The position numbers and the translations under genes were made by a program. The notes beneath the pieces are model-generated. The model was given only the letters and a program-made list of their open reading frames with translations. It did not search any database and had not been told where the DNA came from. DNA of 64,000 nt from Chiloscyllium plagiosum (taxonomy: Eukaryota). Shown here in pieces: positions 11,731 to 25,125 of the stretch; positions within the stretch are counted from its first letter, which is position 1; each line of letters starts with the position of its first letter. The DNA lies in contig NC_057718.1 of the NCBI RefSeq assembly GCF_004010195.1, positions 32,806,203 to 32,870,202 on the forward strand. Direction: 5' to 3'.

Positions 11731-13859
11731 TGCTGGACATTCCAGCACAAATTGAATACCATCACCTCCAGTTTGCCCACAAATCTAGCATTTTCCCTGA
11801 CTTGACCTGATCACTTACCACTGTTCCCTTTTTATCTATGAATCAGATTCCCAGAATTCTCTACCTAACATTACTGTGTGAACTATGATCAGAGGAACTA
11901 TAGTAATTCAAGGACTAGAGCCACAAACACCATTATAGAATGGACAATAAATCTAGTTTTTCTGGTGCTGTTCACAACCAAATAACAAACAACTGAAAAA
12001 GTAATTAACTTCTTATAAATATCAGATATTTTATTTTTATGGTGCAATTTAATTCTCTCTAGCCTGGCATTGCTTTGTTGTTTATGATTCAGCCTTCTTT
12101 ACTCTCCCCTTAACTGTAGCAAGTGCTGTATGACACACAAGCAATTCTTGAAATATCTGATAAAGATATTTGTGTTTCATTATTAAAGCACAGCCTGTTT
12201 CTGACCTTTACAATGGACTTACAATTCCATACATTGTGTTATTAGTTCTTCTATCCAATTTGTAGGTTTCTGCTTGTGACCTCCATTTTCCCTGATTTGC
12301 ACAGATTATAAACACTGACGTAAATAGCAAGATCCACTTTTAAAAATAATTTGACAAGACTCCTGATCTGAAGATTTCTGCTGACAGAAAACTTCAGTCC
12401 CACCCTCAATCCTCAGCACCGGTACCTGTGCCTTTAATGCTGCAATGCTGTAGAATCAAAGATTTCAGATGCTTGTGCTCACTGCATGTCGACTGTTCAC
12501 GGTGCATGTACAGAATGTTATTAGATGATTTGTTAAAGAGCAGTCTTTTGCCAGAAGGTTTTGAATCAAGCAAAGTCAGAGGAGACTTGAACTTTTCAAC
12601 AAGTTTAATTTTCTGCATCAAATACTAAAGTTAATTCACTGCAATGTTGGAAGTTGGTGGAATATGGCAAAAATATGTGTGATACAGATATGATTGGTGC
12701 CTTGGTGCAGTTGTGACTCAGCTTGTAGTTTATAGATTGTGGAATAGAATAGTTAGAATGTGGAACCTGGTACCATTTGGGATGGTTGAATTGAATAGCT
12801 TAAATATTTTTAAGGGAAGTTAGATAAGTTCTTGAGTGAGAAAGAAATGGAAAGATTTGCTGATAGGGTCAGATGAAATAGATTGGTAGGAGACACATAT
12901 AAAACATAAATATGCCAATTGGAATGAAAAGCCCATTCTAATACCGTAACTTGGGTAACCTATAAGAAAAAATGGAAAATTCAAGAATTCCACCTTCAGT
13001 GTGAATAGAGTGGGGAAGGGAGAGACAGAGAAAAAGCAGTTTTCAAGGCAGTTCAGGTTGAGGAAAGGAAACTCAGTTTAGTAGGTCTGGACTTTAGCAA
13101 TGAAATGGCAGATAGGAAATCATTTTGCAGTGATGTTTCAGTTACTTGTGTGAGCGGAAGATAAATATTTTGGCTTGTATTGGCATTATGGGGGACATTT
13201 TGTTCTTGAATACAGCAGTGAAACAAGGTAGCACATGTTGAAGCTAATGAATGCAAATTTCAGTCGTATCTGGAAATGTTTTATAGAAATGGTGACCAAC
13301 AATAAGGAATTAGAGTATCTCTGACTTTGGTTATGAAATGTCCGTAGCTGTCTTGGCTGGATCAATGGCCTCTCGATGACCTAGGAGAGACTGACTGTAG
13401 CTTCCTGCTCCCTGAATTAAGCTGGGAGGCAGTGGGCACCAAAATCAGATGGCGTGACTCTATCTGAAGGGATGCTCACGAACTGCAGGCCTGAGAAGTG
13501 AAGGGAAAATTGGAAGGAGAGTTGTCCCCATGACTGCTTTCTTGCCTCCCAGTTTTAGGGGTTACATTAGGATTTGGCAGGCGATTTCCCGAGTTAATGA
13601 CGAACAGTGCAGACTGTACAACACACACACACAGACAATCCAATGGAAAGAATCTTAAGGCGGAATCTCCTTGTTTGAAATAAGACTCCAGCAATTGCTG
13701 TGACGTTGTGTTAAAAAGTAACATGATCGGTTCGCAACAATACAACGACGTGAAAGATAATTATATCTCTAGCGAGTCTTTTGTCTACAGGAAGAGGATC
13801 TTACATATGGTATTCTAGCTTTATAGGCAGTGTCGCTGTGACTCTTGTTTTAAATCTCA

Positions 13860-14593
13860 GCGCTGCTCGGAATGGATGAGGTCACTTTCTTGTCACATGA
13901 TATCTGCAGCAGTGATACAATGACTCTCTCCCTCGGTTTGTGCTATGGGAAGCACTCGCCCTAGCGCTCTCGACATTGGCTCAGGCCGGCCGATGTGGGC
14001 TGCTGGCTGGCCGAGCGGGCTGTCAATCAGCCGAAATCCCCACCCTCCCTCCCACCTCCCCGGCCAAGCGAACTTCGGGGCTGCTTGTACAATGCAGCTG
14101 GAGTGTGGCCAGTGGCCAGGAGGGGGTTTGGATAGGAGGCACACTCAACACATCCACACACAGAGAGGAGCCAGGCACGCAGGGGGAAAAGTGACTGGAG
14201 TGGGGAGGGAGGCACAGAGTTTTTTTTAGGGTAAAGATTTGCCATTCACCTCCGCTTGCTGCAGCGGGAAGAGAATCCAGATGTGGCAAACTCTCCTGTT
14301 TGAAGCTAACTGAGAGTGTGGGCAGCGAGCAAGCTCTCTATGTTGTCAGCGCTCGTCCTCTTGACACATCTAATCAGTCGGAGAGGAAAGTCGCCGCCAG
14401 TACTCTTTTCATCTTGTTAACATTAAAGGTTTTTTTTGCCCCCGTTTGGCTTTTTGTTCGCGGGTTGGGAGGGAGGTGGTGAGGTTGGAATGCATTTGTT
14501 TGAGAAGCACAGAACAGCCTGAACATGTGGAAAATGGCACCTTTGCCATGCCCTGGTGGGAAGGTGATGCCGAATCAATGAGGCTGCCGCACC
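13860..14593 (+). promoter_or_regulatory. GC/CpG-enriched promoter and 5' leader of RHOQ
   Basis: Visible rise in GC and CpG against AT-rich flanks just before exon 1; ATTGG near 13975, CCCTCCC tracts at 14040-14060, TCACATGA E-box at 13893-13900. The TSS cannot be placed from sequence. Confidence 0.6.
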
Positions 14594-14738
14594 ATGGCCA
14601 ATGGAACAGGTCCGAGGAGTATGCTGAAGTGTGTGGTGATCGGAGACGGGGCAGTGGGCAAAACTTGTTTGCTGATGAGCTACGCGAACGATGCTTTTCC
14701 AGAGGAATATGTGCCCACTGTGTTCGACCATTATGCGG
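14594..14738 (+). CDS. RHOQ: RHOQ (TC10) coding exon 1
   Basis: Kozak gccgcaccATGG; reads [48 protein letters not shown] (P-loop GDGAVGKT, switch I YVPTVFD); phase-1 donor G|gtaatt. The short N-terminus matches RHOQ rather than RHOJ. Confidence 0.97.
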
Positions 14739-15047
14739 GTAATTATTTCCTTTAAAAATTTCTAGCTGCATTTATTTTTTTTTAAAAAAGAATTGAAGTA
14801 AGTTTTAATTTCTTTTTTTTTGATGTTTACGAGTTGATCCCAGCTCCTAAAGCTGAACGCAAACTTTTTAGGAAAGTTTTAGTAAAGTTTCACTGTCTGG
14901 CTATAGTCTTTCAATCAGACGTCTGCCTTTTGGATGCATGTTCCATCCGCTATTAATTAGAAACATTTGCGACATTATTGTGCCAGTTACTGTAGTATTT
15001 TCGTATAACTAGTTATATATATATATATTCTTTTCCTGTTTGACCAG

Positions 15048-15106
15048 TCACTGTCACTGTGGGAGGTAAACAGTATCTGCTTGGACTTTATGACACCGCA
15101 GGACAG
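15048..15106 (+). CDS. RHOQ: RHOQ coding exon 2
   Basis: Acceptor ttttcctgtttgaccag; 59 bp (V)TVTVGGKQYLLGLYDTAGQ with the DTAGQ motif; donor CAG|gtaaga; phases fit exons 1 and 3. Confidence 0.97.
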
Positions 15107-18100
15107 GTAAGATGTTAAAAAAAAGTAAACGTTTTCTGGCCTTATGTATATTGTAAGATATGTGTTTTAGTTTAGGGAAGTGTAGCAATCTGTAATAACA
15201 GAATGTGACATGACTTGTTTACTTAGTTTGAGTGAAAATGTCTTGTTGTTTTATTTGAGCTGAATTCCCTGGGGAAGGTTTTTTTAAAGCTGTGATGACA
15301 TAAAGTGCCAATATCCCAAATACTGGTTGGGAAAGAATGGCACAATAGTCATCATTGCATCTAATACCTAAACCACCACCACCATCGCCCTCACCCCCAG
15401 CAATTTGTGGTGAGGAAGCACTAGGCCGTGAGTTGTGAATCACTGTTCGCCTGCAAAACTGAAACTCCCAATCAAGCCTCCTTGTGAAATTGCTGGACTT
15501 GTTCCATAGGTATGAGTTGAACTCTCCACAGAAAGTTATGACTGCTATTTCACACTTTAAGGATGCTTTATTAACAAAGTATATATTTCTACAATTCAAA
15601 TTCAAGTTTAAAGGGTCATAAAAGAAACAATTGAAAACTTGGGAGCCTCACCCCCATGGTTAGTAAAATGTTCTTAAAGTTTGTTGCTTTTAAGTGTTTT
15701 ATTTTTCTTCTTCATCTTGGTTTTCCCTTCATACTTAATCACTCTTACTTTTTCTTTTTCTCTTTGTGTCTAATTTAACTCTTAAATAACCCTATTTCCT
15801 TCTTTATCCTTGGCTCGGCTTAGTTTTATGTTGTTAAATTTCAGTGATTAAGGAAATATCCTATTGAACCCATCATTCACCAACTCTCCAGATGTCCCAT
15901 TTGGACTTTCAGCACTTTGGTGCTTAAGAATGTTTTGAGTAGAAGTTGACAAAAAAATCCCTTTGACAATCAGGGTAGCATTTTTCTTTTGAAATGGTGA
16001 TTTGCCAAAGAAGAGCTGATGAAGTTGGATGATAGTGATGGTAGTACATCATAAGTCAGAAAGATATTGAGATTTGATAATATATGTTTTTGGATTTGAG
16101 AGTTTCTTGTTAAAATGTGCAAATAAATCCTCATTTGTTTGACTTTATATGAGCCAGGCTATGCTAAGGATAGGTAATATTATTAATAATTATGAGCTAT
16201 TGAATTCAAATTAATAGATAAGTGCTTCGTGTAAAAAGGTAAGTTTTTATATGCGTGGGGGGGTGAGGGTGCAGGAGACAACAGTAAATTTTGAAAATTC
16301 CACAAGGAAATAGAGCTGCATCTAAAATTGCTGGAAATTCTATCATTCAGTTCAATATATGACCATGTGTGCCTTTATAGAATCAAAGAGTAGATTTTTT
16401 AAAAAAATCAGGTATGCAATATTTTCTCCGGTATTGTTCAATCTGAGATGAATGACCAGTATGCTCTAGCTGTGTTTTTACTCTTCCCATTTCCTGTGTA
16501 TGCAAATAATTTTGCCCATTTATGTACAATTTCTTAAGTTTATATAATGTGTAATGCAAATTTTAATGCTTTTAAAAATCTATTTAAAATTCAAATTAAG
16601 CCCTTTTAATGAAGAATATGGTTTGCAAAAATTAATCTTACAAAAAAGATGCAGCTACCTGTTATCTGTAACATGTAATTGTTACATTACAAGTAGGCAT
16701 AGTTTATTTTTAGTGGTTAATGCCAAGTTAGTTGTTAATCTACTCAAGAAATTGGCTGTTTTAAACTGCTGATTACGCTCATTTTAATCAGCACAACTTT
16801 TCATTAATTCTCCTAAACATGGCCTTTTCAAATTTAAAACATTACATTTTATTTGGGTGGAAAGTTAAGTATTTCAGCATTACTCGATTAATATTGTAAG
16901 CAACATTTTTTTTCAAAACAAATATATTTAAAGGTATAATAGCAAATTCTGCAGCTCTGGACTCATGGTTTGGTCTTCATGTGTGACACATGGACTTTAT
17001 GTTGACTGTAACAGTGATTTTTGGTCTGTGTAACTTCTCAGAAATTTGTCTATGGAAGTCGGTCTATGAGATCCCAATCCCTTACTATCATGTATGAAGG
17101 AAGACTGGATCCACTTGTGATATTAATGAATTGCTTTGCTAAATCTTAAAGTTTGACAATAGCCCACACTTTAAAATATTACATTTTTAAACAAGCTACC
17201 TGAACAATATAGTAAAATTGGATTAACCAGTCCAAACTGGGATTTTGATAACCAAGATAGCACATGAGAATGGGCTTAATTTTAATAAGGCTGTCCAGTC
17301 TCCCAGTTATGCATACTCTGATTTTAAAATTACTGTTTGAAATAAACTGTACAGAATCATTTTAATAATTTTGTTGTATACAGTTCAGTTTCATAGTGAG
17401 TAGAATAATTTTGTTTGGAAACATGTCCATGTGCTGAAGAAAAGAAGTCTAATTTGAAGTTCCTTCCTCAGTCAGCAAATTTTATGGAATTTTGCAGATC
17501 TGTCCAAGGGTATGCTCACTATGTGGACAGTGCTAGATCTGGGTAAATTGAATCTTGAACAAGCAGAAAACTTGAGGGAGGGGAGGAACACTTAAAAATG
17601 AATTTGGGGTAACTTCATTCTCAGATTCTCCACTCTTTTACGCTGGTCTGGCTGATTCTATCTAAATTGTACTGAAATTACTCCAGTAAACTAGTGGAAA
17701 TTGTAACCACAACATTTTTTTTAGAAAGAAAGGTTTCTGTGTTATAATGGGGAAAATTGGAAAGGTAGCAGCAGGCATTCATTGCAAGAGACTGTTTCCT
17801 GCTGAAACATTCTGACCTATTAACATCTGCAGAAAGCATGGCCTCAGCTAGTATGGATCTGGTTTGTGGGCTGATTAGAAGGGGCGGTGAAAGTGGATTG
17901 GTGGTATTTTACTTTTATATATCAATAGCCATACCCTAATGTTACGATCTGAAAAAAAACTGCTCTGCTGTATTTCTAGTTTTGTCAAGAGTAGAATGTT
18001 TATATGCTGACTAACTATAATTACTGAATAAGCTTGAAAGCTATACTTGGGTTTTTTGCAATCAATAAAACCTTTACATTCAGTCTTCTTTTTGTGTGTA

Positions 18101-20456
18101 AAATACTTGTGAAACACCGCTTCACCAAGTTTTCCGTTCCCTAGCTATCAATGTATTGACATTTTGATATTTGTTGGAATGCGACCACATGCTCGCCATC
18201 TATTTTTGTGTCAGGCAGATGGTTTTGATTGACTCACCCTGCCGTGATTAAGTGTACGAGCATGAAAGCAACAGATGGTCAATTACTTTACAATTGGTAA
18301 CCCAACTATTTTAAATTCATATATTCTACTGCAATGTTTTTTTTCCTAAAGCTAAAAGATTAAACTTATAATTTCTATATTAGAGAATTTTTTTCTCTAC
18401 ACTTTAATATATATGCATTATGTTTCAGAGCAGCCTTATGTCTATAAACTAATGGTCTTATTTTTCAACACTTTCCAAAGTTAAGCCTCTGAGAGGGGTT
18501 TTAAATATCTTTCTTTGAATTGGACAGCTTTAAATCTTGAGTAGCCTTTAAACTAATTAAATGAACCTTTTCTTTATTTTCTCCTAACTCTGTAGGAAAC
18601 TTTTACAGCAAGTCCGTGCAAACACTACATTTTCAGTTCTAGATGTTTTGAATTATGTTACATTAACTTCACATTTAAATACGCTTTAATACCATTCCAG
18701 TTGCAATGGTTTCAATTGCTTGTCAAAACTTTGAAGTTGTGAGTTGAGACTCCATTTGCTCCAGCAGCTTCCGCTGGTGGATTCTATCATATATAATGTA
18801 AATGAATTGAACAGATGCCCTTTAGGGGAAATTCATAGTTGATTTGTCCTTCTTCCCCTCCACACCTTCCCCTTCTTTCCTTGCATCTAACGAGTGTTGA
18901 AAAACAGAAACTGTCAGATCACATCAATGTTATTCCCTTGACAGAAAACATTTCTCTGCCCAATCTCCAGTCCAAATAATTGATATTAATTTATGTCTTG
19001 ATTGGTTAGGAAAAAGCTTAATTAACTGACTTTTAATAACTTTAAATCTTATTTTTGAGTGGAAGAATTTGAATATTCATAAACTCAAAATTAATAATTT
19101 CACAAGAAGAGTGAATGTACTGTGCAAAGTTTTTCAAAATAACAGGAATACGTTGTTAAACAGAATTGAAAGTATTTGAGATAATATACAATAAATGTTT
19201 TTAATATCACTTTTTTCTAAACCAAAGTTTTTGTTTGGACAATTTAAGAATAAACCTTCAAGGACTTGCTTTCGGGCTGTAGAATAGTATTATAATTGCT
19301 TTTGGTTTGTGTGGCAAAATTAATTTTAAAAATTGCAAAATGTTTTATTGACTTCCTTAATTTATATTATGGGCACTGGAGCATTTTAGTTTTTGTTATT
19401 ATTGAGTTACCAACTTGTGAAAAGCGATTTAAGTAAGTAGCAGCTCCAGTCTTTTTACAGATGAGTCTCAATAGTGCTTAAATAAAACCCTGTTATGCAA
19501 TGCTGTCAACTTATAAACCCCAAACCTTACTCTTTGGCCAGGGAGCAGAAGGAGCTGTGTTGTACGACTCCATAGTTTTATCCTTGGCTGTAGACTATTG
19601 AACTAGAGGAAGATGCTTTTTTGACTACCCAAATATTACAAACCATGTCTCCAATATCAACTTTGCTTCTGTTCTTCGTTTTCCCTATTTGGAGTTGTGT
19701 ACCTGATTTCAATCGAGCAGTTTGGATTAAAAAATATTGTCTCCTCATGAAATGTTTCTTGGAAGAGTCTTGCCTTTGAATTCTTTTTTTATTTGGTACT
19801 CGACACCCAAGCTAAAAACTCAAAACCAAGAATTGGGACATTGTGACAGCTTATCCTTTCATATAGCCACAACTCCACTGGCTTGAAATAACTCACTGGG
19901 CAATAATATTAAAACTCTGTTTAGGCAAACTATGCAATTGGTACTTGCTCTCCTGCATGAGAAGCAACTAAAAAAGTGTAAGGCATCTTTTCAATCAGAT
20001 GTGAGTCAGTACTATAGTAATTTCCATTATTGTGTGTACTTGATTAATACCCAGTTCTCCTGTTTCATACCTGTTACGCATCTGAGTGTGCTTCTGGTTT
20101 TCCGATTATGAAAAATTAATTTGTCTGAAACAGTATCATTAGAAGAATATAAGCACAATGTTTGTAATGGTTTTCTTATCATGCAAAATGTCCTGAATCC
20201 TTATTTTGGACACAATTGTTTAATGAAAGCACAAAGTGGTCGAAGCACATGGTACACAGGTCAGTCAGTGTTTATAAAGTGAAATAAATGGTTTTGAGTA
20301 TTGACCGTTGAGTGGAAGAAGTAGCTGAAAGGTCATCTTATTTTTAAAAAAAGATGTAGATGGAGATGCTCCATGCTTCCAGCACATCCTATTTTTATGC
20401 AATATTTCCAATATTTGCAGTATTTTTTAACATTTACAATAACTTGGATTCCTTAG

Positions 20457-20621
20457 GAAGATTATGATCGTCTGAGACCTTTGTCTTATCCAATGACTGA
20501 TGTCTTCCTGATCTGCTTCTCGGTCGTGAATCCAGCCTCATTTCAGAACGTACGGGAAGAGTGGGTGCCTGAACTTAAAGAATATGCACCAAATGTTCCA
20601 TTCCTATTAGTTGGAACACAG
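20457..20621 (+). CDS. RHOQ: RHOQ coding exon 3
   Basis: Acceptor ccttag; 165 bp [55 protein letters not shown]; donor CAG|gtacat. Confidence 0.98.
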
Positions 20622-22479
20622 GTACATCTATTTGGAAACTTATATAACTCGTCCAGCCAACATATATCTAATGTGTCTACAATAGGAACTACTAGCAAAC
20701 TTTGTTAAGCTTAGATTGGTGATTTATTTCCTATCCTTACAACTTAAGACTCTGGGTACCACTCCCTAAGTTTTAGTCAAATATTGTATTGCCTTTTCTT
20801 AACAGCTCTAACTTCCCAAACAGATGTTTCTGGTTTGTTGATTGGCATAACTTGAAATCACTTGGCATGAGAGGGATAAGGTTTGTTAGATCTAGTGGGA
20901 AGGGCAATTACTTTCGTCTGTGTTTCCCACGTTACTTACCTTGCTGATTTGCCCTGCTGCAACTTTGCATTAGTTGAACACGAAACAGCATTTGTTACAG
21001 TTGGCCTATTGCCTGGACTGTTCAACTTTGTCAGATCAAAGAGATTTTTGGGGGAGGGAATGGAATAGTAGAAATGAGTAAAGCTCAGCTTGTGTTTTTA
21101 CACTGGAACCCGTAAGGATTATTACGGGAAAAGGAAAAAAGCCTAAACTTTTCTTTGTCTTCATTACGTCTTAAATTATTGATATTAAAAAAATTGGTAC
21201 TGATTTGAGTGCTGCAAAATATCATTAATTCACTTAATGCTCCAGGATATCTTTAAATCATGTGAATAATGCTGCTTAATACAGCAAATCTTTAAACTAA
21301 AAGATGTACAATAAATCTTCAGTAATGCCACAACCTTAGCTTTTACTGGAGATAGCTGATTAAATTTAGCTTTGTGGGCAACCTTTACACATCTGTTTAT
21401 AAGGGCAAGATGAAACAAATCACTAAATGACATTGGAGGCAATTTTTAGCAAAATTCTTTCAATTTTTAGTTTTTAATTAATGGTATCCTGATGGCCGAA
21501 TAACATTTAAGATTATAGTTTGTATTGAATTGGTCACTTGACAAAAAAGTAATTTATTTTGGAAACAAAATTTATTTTGAACAAAAACATATGGCAAGAT
21601 GTATGTTATTGTATAAATTAGAATGTAAGTAATACGCGAATTTACTTGGTTTTATTTTTCCATTATGGTAGATTAATGATGATGCACACTATCAAGTTTC
21701 TTTAGACATCGGGATATTAGATGCAAAGCATTTGATTCAAGCCAAGATTTAAAGTTGGTTGATGTAGCTTAGGGAGAAAGCTTTTGATGTAGTGATAACA
21801 TTTCTGTCTGAGTCAAAAGCTGAAAGATTTGGGTCTTGGTTCAGACAGCCCCAACAAGAAGAGATTAGGATATGTTCTCTAAATAAGCAGTGACATCCAG
21901 TGGATATATGCATTTATATTGAGTGACCAATAGCTCAATAATAGTATTCCCACCATTTGAATCAAAATGATTGAGACCAGGACAGAGTCCAGATAACTCT
22001 GTAAATGAAAGCAGCTCTGAATACTGGACGTGAGACTTGAAATAGGATCTACCCTAAGGAAGAATTCAACAAGCAAATATAGTGCAGTAAACGTGCTGTG
22101 AAATTGGATTAGTATATTCTGTTAAGTTAGAAGAAACCATTAAATTTTATTTGGTATTCTGTTTGGGACTATCCATAATATGTGTACTAAAATTCTGACT
22201 GATTGGAATATTATTAGGTGTCACCCCTCAATGGGTGTTTTGGTGTTTAATCAGCCATGCCTTTAATGGATTTGAAGGATCCATTCTTAAACAGTATGTT
22301 GAATTTTTGGTTTTGTCTACATATCTAATGACAGTGAGGGAAACTTGGAATGTATAATGATGTATATTTTTTGTTGGTTAGCTAGAGTGGCAATTGCAGA
22401 GGGCTGGTAACAGATCACCTAAATAAACTCTTAGTTACGGTGTTTAGGAGGGGTAAAATGAAGAAAGTTCAGTAGTTAA

Positions 22480-22790
22480 ATTTTATTCTAAGGGGTATTT
22501 TAGTAATAAAAGGATCTAGAATGAGAGGGAACAGATATAAAGAATTGTGAGAAGAGACTTTTTCAATAAGCGAGTATTTAGAGTCTGAAAAATATTTCCT
22601 GGACATGTGATGAGGGCAGGTTCAATTGGGGTATTTAAGAGAGCTCTGAATTGTTATTTAAATAGAAACAATATTCATGATTTTAGAAAAAGATAGAAGA
22701 ATGGTGATTAGTCATAATGCTCTTTCAGACAGCAGGTGAAGACATTCTCAGACAAATGGCCTGATTCCTGCAACCTTAATAGTTTTATGA
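22480..22790 (+). mobile_element. Old CR1 3' end in RHOQ intron 3
   Basis: ggatctagaatgagagggaacagatataaa...caaatggcctgattcctgc decayed CR1 tail. Confidence 0.6.
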
Positions 22791-24909
22791 AATATCATTG
22801 AAGTGCTAGACCTATTTTCCTTTCAAATAGGGTAACAATAACTAGAAGGAACTAAAAACAAGACCATGAGACATTTTAACATACTTGACAGAGGAACTTG
22901 CTTTATCTATAACCTAACCTTCAGAGGTACTTCATTATTAGATCCAACTATTTTGCTCAATTGACATCTCATTTTAAAATAAACACTTATCTAGTCTTTA
23001 TTACATTGGTGTTTGAGGGAGTTTGTAATGCACAATTTTGCTTGCTTTGAAATGTTTTGAGAAATCAAGTTAGGCATTTTATTATCATATTACATTTCTT
23101 TTCTCAGGGGTCTGTTCCATTGTGAAAACAGCATTAAATGTATTAAGTCGAAATAATTCCCATGTCTGACCAATGAAGTAGGTTCTTACCAGTAGCAATG
23201 AAGACTGCAGCCAGTAGACTACGTCCCTGTGATGGTATGAGTATGAAGGGTGTGTCCATGTATGTCTTACAATGGAAGACCAAGTCCCCGCCTAGGCATT
23301 CAGAGGAGGTAGTATCCAAAGGTCATTTGAATGTTGTGGACTATTCTCATATTGGTTATCCATCTGCATTTGAGGGAGGAGCCATGATCCAACTTAGCAG
23401 TAAGAAACAAGTTATTTGGTATAGTTAAGTGCTGTGCAGAGAACTAGACCGAACAGTTGGTGCTCTGTAGTGCATTGTGTTTTATTCGAAGGAAGCTTGC
23501 TTGTTCAGGATGTCTCATCCATTTGAAACCTTTGTCCTTATGGATGGTAGAGACTGAGAGTTCACAAGGTCCTTCAGTTTGTTGGAACATTGCATGTTGT
23601 AGGCACTGCAAGGTGGATGGATAATGTAGAAGGTATGTCAAGGCTGCAAGTGTTAATTACCTGCACAGTATCCAATTATTGCAATTTTGTTGTCTTGGCA
23701 CTCATACCTGCAGGTGCTACATCTTAACTCTTATTGTACACTCTGATAGCGTTGACATGCTTTGGTAAAATGAGGTAAAGCCTTCTCTAATTATTTACCA
23801 ACCTGGACTAGAAATTTGCTGGCACAGCTTTTATAGAACATCTCAGAATTAACTTGTGGACATTGTTGAACCCAGGGCAATATGGTTCTAGATTCAGACA
23901 AGGTGAATACAGTGAATTTTAATGTTGCTATTCTCTCTTGTTGGGATGTGCATTTCCTGGAAGATGCGTGACTCCAAAGTAATCAGTCAGTTCTGTGCCT
24001 TTAAGTCACCAGGACTGGCTGATGGATTTGCCATGAGATCCTAAAGGCTGGTTCAGAGAATCTCCTCTGTATTAAGAAATCCCTTGGCAATAATGGCATC
24101 CTGTACAGAGCTAGTCTTGGTTACCTTGGCTTGTTTCATAGGATTGCTCATTGTCACCCTCAGGTTAAATAAAAGGCAGTCATGTGAAAAATTAAAATGG
24201 GGAATGGAGCAGTTAAGCAGAGATGGGTTTGCCCCCTGAAGTTACATCAGGGTGCATGAAATCCAATCTCAGCATGAAATCAAGGCCTGTTTTGCTACCT
24301 GTAATATTTTTTTAAAATGAAGAAGTAGTGATAATTATGTGCATGAATGTGAAAGCTTTGTGGTGCATTAGTTTCACAGAATATCAGATTCAGTCACAAG
24401 TTTAGAAACACAGATGTCTATTTATCACGGTGACGAAAATCTTTTCTCAGTTATAAATGATGCTAGTGAATATATTCATGTCAAAATATTGACTCTAATT
24501 TACCCAAATCAAAGATAAACATTAACACGTTTTACTAATGAAGGCCTATGGGAGTTTGTTTGGAAGAAATTATCCAAACACATTCATATTAGTAGAAGGG
24601 CCTTAGATAGCATTGCTTTTGGAAAGATAATCCTATTTCATTTTGATTTTGAGTCTTATCATTTCACCTCTCCCACCTTCACATCATAAATCTTTTGATA
24701 CGTTTGGGATTTGCCCCTTTTTTTTTAAAGAATGAAGTGTGGAAAAAATAACCTTAAAATAATCAATTAGGGGGCTTCGCATTGGAAGAATATCTGAATT
24801 AATCAATTTCTTATATTTGATGCTTAAACTGATTCTAAGAATACAGCATTGTGGGAACTAATACCTAGTCATTTGAATTTCTGCACTGTAGTAAACAACC
24901 CTCAAAGAA

Positions 24910-25125
24910 ATGAAAAATGTTGGAGAAACTCAGCAAGTCTGGTAGAGAGAAACAGCGTTAATGTTTCAATACCAATATGATTGTTCTTTGGAACTTTGAA
25001 GAAGAGTCATATTGAATATGAAACACCGACTTGGTCTCTATCTTTGTAGATGCTGCCAGACCTGCTGAGTTTCTCCAACATATAATTTCAGACTTGCAGC
25101 ATCTGCAGTACTTTCCTTTTACCTC
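24910..25125. mobile_element. Older inverted Penelope-type terminal pair
   Basis: tgttggagaaactcagcaagtctgg ... ccagacctgctgagtttctccaaca arms, central tgaagaagagtc..gaaac remnant, ends cagcatctgcagt. Confidence 0.6.

Noticed and set aside
13893..14482. Overlapping ORFs on both strands before RHOQ
   Set aside because: Expected from stop-codon scarcity in GC-rich promoter DNA; no homology.
14525..14593. N-terminal extension of RHOQ from upstream in-frame ATGs
   Set aside because: In-frame TGA at 14579-14581.
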